This document shows positions 36,501-47,651 of a stretch of 64,000 nt of DNA, piece by piece. The stretch lies in NCBI GenBank assembly GCA_026936335.1, contig JAPMXV010000055.1, forward strand, positions 186,001 through 250,000. Direction: 5' to 3'. Origin of the DNA: Mantamonas sphyraenae STR306 (taxonomy: Eukaryota > Protista > CRuMs). The notes beneath the pieces are model-generated. The model had not been told where the DNA came from. It worked only from the letters and a program-made list of their open reading frames with translations, and searched no databases. The translations under genes were made by a program, and so were the position numbers. How positions within the stretch are numbered: the first letter of the stretch is position 1; each line of letters starts with the position of its first letter.

Positions 36501-37746
36501 CAGGAACGCCCCACGCCGCATTCGGCTCGAGTACCGATACTCCAGCTTGGCAAACGTTGCAAAGTCGGCCGCAAGAAACTTGAGCCGACGTACGTCGACC
36601 ACTGTCCCGAAAGAGAGAGTGTGATGTGAGTGGTGGGTGGTGGGTGTGGGGGGTGTGTGTGGGGTGTGGTGTGTGTGTGTGGTGGTGTGTGGGCCATCGC
36701 TGCATCCTCCTCTCCTACTCACATCGACTTGTCGACGGCTCAATGGAGTATTCGTTAAAGAAGCGTGTGCCTCGCTTGCTGCATACAAACCGGTGGTGCT
36801 TCAGGTACTCGCGTGTGCCCACACTGATCTGGTCTCGAAACAACACCGCCTGGCCAGTCACCGCAAAAAACGCACACCACGTGTCAGCCACACCCCAATG
36901 GGTCATCGCAACCCACCCGCTTGGCAACACACTACTCACCATCGCGGGTATCCTGTGGCACAAATCCTCGCAATAGGCGGCGCTAAACTCGCGTTCCCGT
37001 CGTGAGACAAACTGGCCGTCCAGCACCCACAAACTGGGCAACATGTGAATGACCACAGCTCGGTCTGTGGCCACCAACCACCACCATCGTCATTCCGTCA
37101 TCAATCCCCATTGCCATGTGTCAGTAACCTCCCTCCCACACACACTCCCACCCTCTACACTCACAGTTGTCCAACGCCTCCAACTCTGGGTTGCCCCGCA
37201 GCGTAAGGTGTACAATCTGCATGTGACGTAGTTTGATCAACTCGTCAATGTGAAGTTGGTTGTCATGCAACCACAATCCGCCCAGGATGGCAAACGGGAT
37301 CAGGCCGTCCAGCTTGCTCAGCCGGTTCCGCGAGAGATCCAACTGCCACAGCGCATGCAGGTCCCGCAGACTGTCCCGTGGCAACTCAGTGAGAAAGTTG
37401 TCGTGCAACACCAGCACATTCAGGTTTGGCATCAAATCCAGATTCTCCAGCCGTTCTGCGCCGCCTGTGTGAGTGATTGATTGAAGAATCCGCGCGGTGG
37501 CCAAACGGCTCCAACTCCCCACCGTGTTTTCTCCGGCCCTCCACTGTCTTGACACCCTCCACACCGCCACCAAACACGCAACATTGTCCACGCCATGGGC
37601 CCATCCCATGTGTTTTGCCATGCATGAATCCCTCTTCCCTGTGTGCTCGCTCACTCACCGATCTTCTGGCCCGCAAGGTTGAAGTACTGCAGCTTGTGCA
37701 ACGGCAGGCGAGACCGTGCTTCCAAAGCACTCTCTGTCAACCTCAT
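33520..37746 (-). CDS. Leucine-rich-repeat (SDS22/LRRcap-type) protein with a long unknown C-terminal region; several introns; frameshift at ~34803
   Basis: The start MRLTESALEARSRLPLHKLQYFNLAGQKIG is spliced to LENLDLMPNLNVLVLHDNFL..LDLSRNRL..LWLHDNQL..LTLRGNP and the LRRcap YRAVVIHMLPSLWVLDG. It continues into ORFs 34773-36788 and 33520-34767, which join with one extra G in AAAAGGG. Middle exon boundaries are uncertain. Confidence 0.65.
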
Positions 37747-37900
37747 CCTTACACACACACACACTCTCTCTCTATCTCTCTTTGTGTGTCCCTCTTGTTG
37801 TTGATTGCCACTCCAACCGGAAAACACCCCCAATCGCCTTGTCGGCCCCGCCGCCGGCAACGCTTCTGCTCTCACGGCTCTTGTCTTTGACGATCCAATC

Positions 37901-40785
37901 ATGTGAGTTCACCTCCTTCCTTTGCCTTCCCTGCTCCTGTGTCTTGTCCTCTCTCCTTACACGTACCTTGCCCCCCCCCCCCCACCCACCACCACACACC
38001 ACACACCTGTACCTACAGGGACTGGGAAGACGATTGGGAGAGCCTCGAGTTTGGTGCGGAAGATGCGGCCAGCACCAAGGCAGCCAGTGCCAAGCAGGTG
38101 GGTCGCAATGTAAAGTCATTCCTGGCCAGCCACAACGTGAATGTGGACCGGGCCGACCTGATCCGCAAGAAACGGCGGTGTCGCAATCTGTTCCTGCAGA
38201 AGCGCCGCCTTCACCTGGACGCCGTCTACCACTCCACGTCCGTGGGTCAGGTCAACGCCATCGACAAGTTCCCGGAATTGGTGGCCCAGTATGTCACCGC
38301 AGAGGAGTTCAAGGAGATCACAAAGGCCACTGGGACCAAGGCGTTCATTCGCAAGTGTGGCGGCGTGGAAGTGGGCAAGCGGGCCAACAATGCGGACCAG
38401 AATCGCCACCCCATCCCACCGTACGACAGCACACGTGTCATCCTACGTGTCCTCCCCGATCCACCCCTCACCGCCGACGAGTCCAGCGCGTCTGTGTCCA
38501 CCAGCTCTGCATTGGTAAGCTGTGCGACGGGCCTGGCCCCTTTGCTTCGCTCGCGGGAAACGGGAGAAAAACCCCAGCGGGCTCCGGCTCTTGTGTCCGG
38601 CCCTGCGGTCCCTACATCCACGCATCGCCCGTGCATGTGGCCACAGTGTGTGGCCAGCGAGAGGATGCAACCTGTGGGAGGGGTCCGAAGAGTGTAGAGA
38701 GGCGTGTGCGTGTGGCAGAGGCAAGTGTTTTTTCCCGGCGGCAACCGGAGCGTGCAACTCACGAATTCGGGTGGCATCACACACACACACGCACAGACGT
38801 CGGGCCCCAGGTTGTTGGCGGGCGACGGGAAGAAGTGGCAACTGGATGGAGAGGTGGAAGGTGGGTTGAATGAGGAGTGGGGCGTGGCAATGGCATCCCA
38901 TGGGAACAAGGTCAGCAGTAGCAGCAGCAGCAGCAGCATGGGCAGCCGGAGCGAAAAGAGCGTGCTGAGTAGCGGGAGCAGCACAAAGAGCACAGGAGGC
39001 AGTAGCACGGGAGGCATGGCACAGGACGACGAAGACACAGACACAGTGTACACAGACATGACGGACGAGACCATCGACTCTGTGGATGCATCGTTCATGC
39101 CGCTGGAGGGGACGCGAGACAATGGAGCGGATGCAGACTACATCAACGCCAGCTACATCACCAGCTACGACAAAGGGTTCAACAGGTACATTGCCACTCA
39201 GGCACCCCTGCCACACACCATCGGACAGTTCTGGCACATGGTGTATCAGGACAAGAGCAAGATGTTTGTGTCGCTGGTCGATGTCTCGGAGGACCAGTGC
39301 ACCCAGTTCTGGCCAAGCAACGTCGGTGACTCGGAATACTACCAACCCATCATGGTCACCTTTGTCGACGAGGTCCGTGTCCATGAACGCATCACAAAGC
39401 GACGCTTTCGCATTCGCAAGCGTCCTGCTCCGCAGCAGCGAAACGGCGGCCATTCCGCGGCGGCTTCCGCCGGAGAGTACGTTGTCCTGGACGACCTCGG
39501 TGACATGTCCGCACGCATGGACAGCATGCAATTGGGCGGGTTGGGCGGGTTGGGCGGGTTGGAAGATGGCATGGCCTTTGGTGGAGGCGCTGGTGGCGAC
39601 GACGGCGACGATGGCTTTGGTTCCCTGGAGTTTGAGGTTGGCCAGGACGGCTCGGCGACCAACAACGAGGATTTGCAGGACACATTCCTCACCTTTGACG
39701 ACGACGGCGAAGACTTTGCGTTTGAGATTCCGTTGGATGGGTTGGATGGGGGCGACGGAGGTGCAGGGGCAGAGGCAGGGGCAGAGACAGAGACAGAGGA
39801 GGAGGAGGAGGAGGGTCAGCAGGGCTGGGGTGAACCCATCGAGGTGATCCAGTGGCACTACCACCGATGGTCGGATATGACGGCACCGTCAGATGTGGAG
39901 TCGCTGTTGGCGCTGATTGCATTATTGGACCAGGAGGAAATGTGTCTGTACGACGACCAGTTGCCGGCAGACGACGAAGGCCACGCCAGCCGACGCGAGT
40001 CGGAGGTGATGGAACTGGAGGCACAGCACCAGCTTGTGGACAAGCTGGTGGACAAGCTGGTGGATGCCAAGTGGAAGCCACAGGGATGGGCAGACGCAGC
40101 AGCATCAGCAGGAGTAGCAGAAGCAGTAGCACACAAAGAGGAGGGACGAAGGAGACCCAGCAGCGACGACTATGACGACAACGACAAAGACGAGGCATCA
40201 TCGCTCACCACCACCCTTGGAGGAGGAGGAGGAGCAGGAGGTGACGGCACTGAGGAGCAGGACAGGAGGAAACAAGGGGCGCAACAACAAACACCACTGG
40301 AGGACGAAACGGAGGAATTGGCCAAGGTGGGGGGAACAAAGGATGGACAGCACAACAAGATGAAAGGCGAGCAGCAACTGGACGGCGATCACCAAACACC
40401 ACAGCACGAACAGCAGCAACTGCTGCAACAACAACAACAACAGCAACAGCAACAGCAACAGCAACAACAGGACAATGAGGAGGATGAGGATGCAGAGACA
40501 GGACCGGGGTTCAAACGCAACGATGACAACATCCCACCCATTGTCTGCCACTGCAGCGCTGGGGTGGGGCGTGCAGGCACATTCATTGCTGCACATTTGG
40601 CATGTAACTACCTGCGCGACTACCACAGTGTCACGGGCAGGCACCAGGACAGCATCAACATGGCCCAGCTTGTCTACGAACTCCGCTGCCAGAGGCCCTT
40701 TATGGTGTACAGGGAAACCCAATATTCATCCCTGTACGACATTGTGTACAATTACAGCGTGTTTCTGGCAGAGAGTGATCCATGA
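37901..40785 (+). CDS. Classical protein tyrosine phosphatase with large low-complexity inserts; introns 37903-38018 (splits the ATG) and 38515-38796
   Basis: Motifs NRHPIPPYDSTRVIL, DYINASYI, YIATQAPLPHTIGQFWHMV, CTQFWP, WHYHRWSD, the P-loop HCSAGVGRAGTF and LRCQRPFMV..QY. Confidence 0.9.
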
Positions 40786-40855
40786 CACACAGCAATGCAA
40801 TGAGATTCCCCTCACCCTCACTCAGCCACCCCAACCCAGCGCGTTTCCCCTTCCC

Positions 40856-41917
40856 ATGTCCACTCAAGCGACCGCATCGGAAGCACAGCAACCTACAGGT
40901 GAAGCTGAAGTTCCAGTTGCTGCCCAATCCACATCTGCCGCAGAGACTGGCGAGGCAGCTGCACAAGGAGAGGAGGAGCAGGCTCAGACTCAGAGCCCCT
41001 CCCAGCCAACGCCTGACAAGAAAAAGGCAACCCAGAAGCAAACGAAGCGAAAAGAGCCGACGGCACACGACTTGCTGATTGAAGCAATGGTGCGTTCGAC
41101 CTCCTCCATGGTTGCCAGCACCATCACAGCACCGCTGCGACGCGTGCAAGTGGTGCACAAACTGCAAGCGGTCAATCCCGAACTGATCACCGCCCCTCCC
41201 ATGGGCTACCTGGACATCGCCTCCACCATTGCCTCCACCCAAGGGCTGTCGTCATTTTGGGTTGGCACCGACACAAAGCTGCTGCGCACGCTCATCCAGC
41301 AGGTCATGGGAGTGTTTGTCGCCCCCAAGCTCAAAGACGCCGTCCTGCAGCTTAGGAAGGAATCGGCATCTTCACCAGGTCCCATCCGCACCACAGTGAC
41401 CGTTCTTGCCGGCGCCATGGCACCCTGTGCCTCTTTGTTGCTGCTGTACCCGATCGATGTGGTGTACACCCAGCAGCTGAACAACCTGGACCCCAACCGC
41501 CAGCTGGGCATGTGGGCCATCCTCACCACCATCATCCAAAAGGATGGCTTCAAAGCCCTTTACCATGGCTTCACCCTCTCCCTCATGGGCATCATTGCCT
41601 ACCGTGCGTTGTACTTTGGTCTGTACGATCTTTCCATCTCCCTCCTGCCTCGCAAATCACCCGTTCTCATCCGCTTCATCCATGCCCAGCTTGTCGTCAC
41701 TCTGTCTGGTCTCGTCACCTATCCCATCAGCTACCTGATGCAGGCCAAGCAGCTCAACGCCGGCCAGAGCAGGCCCGTCGTTGCCGAAGACGTCATTTTC
41801 AAGCATGGTCCCTTTGTTCCCTTTACCGGCGCGTTTCACAACGTCCTCAATGGCTTCATCAGTGCCATCATCCTTGTGCTGTGGGACATGTGGAAGGAGA
41901 CCTGGAACAGGCCCTGA
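40856..41917 (+). CDS. Mitochondrial carrier family protein, divergent ADP/ATP-carrier-like
   Basis: Three carrier repeats: TITAPLRRVQV..QGLSSFWVG; LAGAMA..LLLYPIDVV..DGFKALYHGFTLSLMGIIAYRALYFGLYD; AQLVVTLSGLVTYPI..GAFHNVLNGFISAIILVLWD. N-terminal acidic extension. Confidence 0.82.
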   Translation: MSTQATASEAQQPTGEAEVPVAAQSTSAAETGEAAAQGEEEQAQTQSPSQPTPDKKKATQKQTKRKEPTAHDLLIEAMVRSTSSMVASTITAPLRRVQVVHKLQAVNPELITAPPMGYLDIASTIASTQGLSSFWVGTDTKLLRTLIQQVMGVFVAPKLKDAVLQLRKESASSPGPIRTTVTVLAGAMAPCASLLLLYPIDVVYTQQLNNLDPNRQLGMWAILTTIIQKDGFKALYHGFTLSLMGIIAYRALYFGLYDLSISLLPRKSPVLIRFIHAQLVVTLSGLVTYPISYLMQAKQLNAGQSRPVVAEDVIFKHGPFVPFTGAFHNVLNGFISAIILVLWDMWKETWNRP

Positions 41918-41925
41918 CCCAACCA

Positions 41926-44172
41926 ATGCATCGTCGACGACTCGTTCACCCAGCATTCCCCATCCTGGTTGTGCTCTGCCTCTTGCTGCACACCATCCCA
42001 CACGCCTCCGCTGCCCATTCCTCCTCCTCTCGCAGCAGCAAAGGCGCCTCCGACAGCCGTGCCAAAGGTCCGTTTCTCAACCGTTCCCGTGTGGCAAAAC
42101 GTGGATTTTTCTCCCTGCCTCCTGCCACCTGCTTTTGCAACCACTCCCCTGCATGCCACCATCCACTTGCATCCTTGCCACTCGCGTTTTTCACAGCCGA
42201 CGGGGCCTCGCCGGCCACAGCGCCTGTTTCTGTCTCGCGACACCCTCCGTGCCCTGCCCCTGAGCACGGTCTAGTGCGCCTGTCCAGAAGATTCCACATT
42301 TGCGCACCCTTCTGCCGGCCTCGCATGCGTGCCCAGAGCGCTCAGCGCACATGGGACATCGTCCGCCGCATGACCAATCCCCTTTGCCATCCTGTCTGCA
42401 TGGTCTCATCCTTCCTCGTCGCACCTCCGACGGGTTGCCACGGCCTTGTTTTCCATCCTTCGCGTGCATCCCTCACTTTTTCCCGGCCTCCAGACAGCAA
42501 ACTCGGCGTGCGTATGCCCGCCTGGGCCACGCTGCCACGCCACAAATGCACGCGGGGCATGGGCACTCACAACGGCTAGCCACTCACACCCGATTCCATG
42601 TTCACAGACACGCACAGCCAGCGCGAGGAGAGCTCGACACAGGGGCGCCCGGCCAACGTGAAGCTGGTCGATCCTGACGCGCAGCAGGGCCAAGAGCAGG
42701 CCAAGCAAGTCTTGGAAGCCACCAGGCTTGGCAAGCTGTCGGAAGACTCTCGCGGCACAGGCGACCACACACGGCGTGGAGCGACCCCTTCGTACGTCAG
42801 TGGCAACGGAGCACACGCGGGAAGCAACAACAACAACGGCAACGGCAACGAACGAGACAGCGCACACAACGGCGCCTCGACCGGCACATCGGGTGTAGAC
42901 TCGTCTTCATCATCCATGCAGGGTAGAACGACCCCCACCTCGTCTTCTGCCATGGTCGATGACGACACCGTGTCTGGGGGCACGGGAGCGGGCAGTGGGG
43001 CGTCGTCCGGCATGACCACGGGAGGCGAGAACGGCAGCGAGGAAAGCGGTGCCGATTCGCTTGTGTTTCTGGTGGTCATCTATCTGTTTGGGTTGGGCTA
43101 CCTGTGTGCATCGTCTGTGCGCAAGCCCAAGCATCTGGCGACCAGTGATGCCAACGCAAAGCCCACACACTCGTACCTGCTGTCGTTTGGCATGCGCATG
43201 GCCTCCACGACCGTGTGTGGCTTTGATGGGCCCGTGGTGTTTTGGCTCACCCTGTGGTTCTCCCTCAACATCGGCCTCACCATCCTCAACAAGGCCATCT
43301 TCCGCTTCTTCCACTTCAACTTTCCAATCACGGTCTCCCTCGTCCACATGGTGGTCAGCGGCGTCTGTGCAAACTACAGTGTTCTCACCTACCAGGATCG
43401 CATCCCTCGGGCACGCCTCGACACACGTGGCTACCTTCTCATGCTTGCCATGAGCCTCCTGTTTAGCAGCAACATCATGCTGGGCAACATGAGTCTCCGC
43501 TATGTCTCGGTCTCCCTGGTGCAGGTGGTGCGATCCCTCATCCCGGGCATCACCATCGCCCTCTCCTACGTCCTTCTGGGCAAGCGCTACAGCACCGAGA
43601 CGGTGATGACCATTGTCCCTGTGGTCGCAGGGGTCGCCCTCGCCTCGTACGGCGAAATGGGCTTCCACATGCTTGGCTTTATGATCACCATCACCGTGTG
43701 CTTTGCGTCATCGCTCAAGACAGTCATGAGCAACAAGTTCCTTGTGGGAGCACGCAAGTTGCACCCCATCGACTTTCTCAGCCACATGGCACCCATGGCC
43801 GCCATCCAGCTCCTGGTCATGGCTTGGACCATGGGTGAGTTTGAAGAGATCTACCGCAACTGGCAGTCGTACAACAACTTCAAGACTGTGTTTGCCATCC
43901 TCCTCAGCGGCTTCATGGCCTTTGCCCTCAATGTGGCCAACTTTATGACCAACAAGTACACCTCTCCGCTCACCGTCACCGTGGCTGGCAACGTCAAACA
44001 CATCGTCACCATTCTCCTTTCCATTGCCGTGTTTCGTAACCCAGTGACCCTCCTCAACGCCATGGGCACTCTCGTCACCGTCATCGGCGCAGCCCTCTAC
44101 TCTCGCTGCTCCTACAAGGAGAAGCAGATGCAGAAGAAGCTGGAGCAAAAGGACAAACTTGTCAGTGTGTGA
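41926..44172 (+). CDS. Triose-phosphate/nucleotide-sugar transporter family protein (SLC35E/TPT) with a long, probably signal-peptide-bearing N-terminal extension; main exon 42608-44172
   Basis: TPT motifs WFSLNIGLTILNKAIF..FNFPITVSLVH, NMSLRYVSVSLVQVVRSLIP, GVALASYGE and TSPLTVTVAGNVKHIVTILLSIAVFRNPV. Upstream exons 41926-42067, 42197-42268 and possibly 42494-42511 are in phase but inferred. Confidence 0.75.
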
Positions 44173-44298
44173 TGGCTGTCACACACACACACACACACAC
44201 ACATGACCGAGCTGCGCCGTGCAAAGTTGAGGCCGGCCAGCCATACCAACACACACACACACACCCACACACACTGCAAGGAATGAACCATCCATCCT

Positions 44299-45614
44299 TC
44301 ATTGCACACAACACTTGCTAGACTCTTTCAGTTTGAGATTCAGCATGGGGATGTCGGGCATCTCATACACAATGGCGGACACAACAAACTTGCCCGCCGT
44401 GGTCAGCGTGAGGCCATCCTGGTCAGGAACCACTTCCAAATAGATGGTGTCGTTCTCCTTGAGCCACTTGTCATACGTGGCAGCAATCTCCTTGACGGTG
44501 GCCACCGCTTCTGCATACAGCGCCTTGAGGTCGCCCTGCTTGCGGGAACTTGGCACGTCGATGCCCTTTGCCTCAGCCAGGGCGGCCTTTGCCCAACCCA
44601 GAGCCTCACCATACTCACTTTCCTTGTCCCACTTGTGTGTGGCATGTTGCATGAAGCCACGAGCACGCCACAGCTGTGCCGAGACGCGTGCGTAGTTGAT
44701 GATGTCCTTGTTGATGGCACCGTCGTCGTTGTCTAAATCCTGCAGGTTCTGTGCGTCGGCAGCAAACTGTTCCGCCACACCGATGCACAGGGCGGCGGCC
44801 ACCCGTGGGCTCTTGTTCTCACGTAGGGCCTTGCCGGCCATGAGGGCTTGGGCCATGCTCAGGGACAGGGTGCTCATGGTGGTCATCAGCAGTTTGGAGA
44901 CGTCTGTGATGGCATCCCGTGTGTCCTCATCCATCCACACCCCAAAGTTGCTGTAGGCAATGTGGTTGAAGATGCCAGCGCCCCTGCGCAGAAGCTCCAC
45001 CGCTGCCGTTTCGGCTTGGTCCACCTCCCCCTGGCCACACCTTGCCATTGTGTCTGCCGCTGCAGAGATGTGACAAACGGCGTATGCTTGCAACACCATG
45101 ATCAGTTCCAAGGAGAAGCTCAAGGATTGCACGCTGGTGGCCCCCTTTTTCGACTTTTTGCTGCTTGTGCTGCTGCTGCTGCTGCTTCCGCTGCTGCTGC
45201 TTCCGCTTGTGCTCGACACCATGCCTTCGCTCAGGTACATGGTCCATTCAAACTTGCCCCGTTCCAATGCACCAATGTCCATGCCGCCACCCACCTCTTC
45301 CAGCTGCATGGTGTGTCGACCCAGGCGTTGTGTGCCGTGGGAAAGTCCCCCAGTCTCCCGTGTCAGTTCACTCCCCATCGCATCCCGTCCCTCCCACCGG
45401 CCCCACAGCCACCACATACCACAGCCACCAGTGATGGTAGGTATCCTTCGATGGCTTCCACCACCTGGTCCGGTCCATATGCCAACGCCTGCACCACGGC
45501 GCTGCGTTTGGCCAGGAAGCCTTCCATGGCTTCCCTGCTCTCCTTGTCAAGCTCCTTCAGGAATTTCTTATAGTCCACATTCGATGTGCTGGGCAGTTTC
45601 AACCTAAGCAGCAT
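44299..45614 (-). CDS. BROX: BRO1-domain protein with C-terminal CAAX (BROX-like); one intron
   Basis: Stand-alone BRO1 fold motifs (IEGYLPSL, FEWT, SFSLELIMVL, LLRRGAGIFNHI, LSLSMAQAL, YGEALG, KENDTIYLEVVP), ending in CCVQ*. Confidence 0.75.
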
Positions 45615-45734
45615 GATGATGATGATGGTGGTGGTGATGATGGAAACCCTGCTTTTTGTTGTTGTTGAGTGTGTGAGGTGAGTGTGTTGGTGTGTGTGTG
45701 GTGTTGTTTTGCTCCGGCCTCCGCATGATCATTG

Positions 45735-47505
45735 TCAAATCTCCTCTGCATAGTTACCAGGGAAGAAGCCCAAGCGATCACCCACGACACCCTTCCACCA
45801 TCCTGACGGGTCCTTTTCCAACACGGTGACAATGTCCCCTGCGTTGAGGGAGAGTTCGGTGGGGGTCTCCCCGACAAAGTCGTACAACACCCTGGCCTGG
45901 TTGACATGCTCGTTGGATGCCTTGCGTGGTGTCCCCACCATGGTTTTCATGCCTGTGCCTGCATCGCCACCCATGTCACTGGACATGGTGGACATGCCCG
46001 ACCCCGTTGACATGCTGCTGCCCAGACTCGACACCGTGCCTGGTCCCACTGTGCTTGCCCCTCCCGAGTTGAACGATGCCGGCATGTCTGCGTCGGGCAT
46101 CACCACGTTCCGTTGGCAGAACCCATCCAAATCCGCTTGGATGTCGATGGCATCCACCTTGGCGCGCATCTCTTCCACCGTCGCCTTCAGGTCGTTCACA
46201 CTCTCCACAAGAACCACAAACTTGGCCATCGCCTCACTCAGTGTCTGTTCCCGTGTCTCTTCAATCTCCTGCAACTGCTCAAGGATCTGTGGCAGCGAGT
46301 CAGAGTACGTCGTGTACTTTAGGTTTGCCAGTGTCTCCTGCTGGTTTCGCCACTCCTGCAGCGCTCCAGCCGCACTCTTTTCCGTCTTGTCCTTCTTTGT
46401 ACTCAACTGCAACGGGGTGAGGGGTGGGAGGGGGGGGGAGTGGGAGTGTGTAAGCGACGCAGGGGGGGGGGTTCATCCTCCAGTTGTGTGAGTCCCACAC
46501 GGGGATTCTGCGCCGTGGAAATCATCCCACCGCCCTGAAAACACACCTTTGCTCGTGCATTGAACGACTTGTTTGTTGCTGCTTCAAAGTCTGCGGCCGC
46601 CTTTTCGGCCTTTTGCGTCTCCTGCGTGTACTTGCTGTGTGCCTGTGCGTGTGGGTGGGTGTGTGTGCGTGTGGGTGGGTGTGGGGACGGGTGTCGTGTG
46701 GGCGTTTTCCCTCTTCCACCGCTCCCACCACTCTGGTTCATAACCTTGTCCCCCCCACTGCATCCACGTACCTTGCTCACGTTCGACTCTTGGTTGCTCA
46801 GTGCCTTGAGCAGTTGGTCGCCTGTTTTGATCAGCTGTGTGGAGCCACAGGTGCAGCAACGACCCGGTGTCAGCTCCGATCCGTCGTGCGCTCTTTGCAC
46901 GTGCACACGCCACCTGGCACCCGCACAGCCAAGGTGGACCTCGTGTGTGTGTTTGTGTGTGTGTGTGGTCTGTCTTTGGGACATCCCCTTGGGTCGCAAA
47001 CCTACATTCTCCCGGTTGGCTTTTGCCCCCTGCGTAAACTCGAGAATGAACTCGGACACGTTGTTTTTCAGATCGTCTGCAAACTGTTTGTGCTGCTGCT
47101 GTGTCGCCATTGTCTCCTCCTTCACTGTGTGCCATGCATCTGCAAGTGTCCCCATCTCCTCCTTGCCATTGTCTTCCCCGTGCAGCGATTTGAGTGCCTT
47201 TGCGTAATCCTCCTCAATCTGTGCCTGTGCGTCAGTGCCTGTCATGCCCCTCACCCACCCAATCTCCTTTTTCACGCATACACACACACACACAACATGG
47301 CCGCTTCTGCAAAACGTACCGAGGCACGCTTGGCCATGTATCGGGCAATCTCCTTCGCCGAGTGTTTCCAGTCCACCGTCTGCTTCTTGACCGCCTCGAA
47401 ATTGTACTAGAGTGAGGGTGTGTCAGTGTGTGATGGGCACAGGAGGCGGGGGAGGGGAGGGGGGTGGGTTGTGTATCGTACGGTGAGGTCTGTGGCGAAG
47501 CGCAT
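45735..47505 (-). CDS. F-BAR (FCH) plus C-terminal SH3 protein, multi-exon
   Basis: Spliced N-terminus MRFATDLT|YNFEAVKK..AKEIARYMAKRAS|IEEDYAKAL..MGTLADAW. Later LPQILEQLQEIEETR, and the SH3 ARVLYDFVGETPTELSLNAGDIVTVLEKDPSGWWKG..GFFPGNY. Confidence 0.88.
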
Positions 47506-47651
47506 GACGACGATTTGTTTTGAGACGCTCGCGCGTGGATTGGAGAATGTGATTGCATTCATTCCTGTTGGCACGGGGGTTGACATGGATGGCAACAGAG
47601 TGCAAGCATGGCCGAACTCTGACTGCCATTCGAGCTGCCTGTGAGACGGTT

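Noticed and set aside
40475-40855. N-terminal part of the 480-aa ORF overlapping the PTP 3' end
   Set aside because: It is an alternative frame of the PTP CDS plus intergenic sequence. The plausible carrier start is the ATG at 40856.
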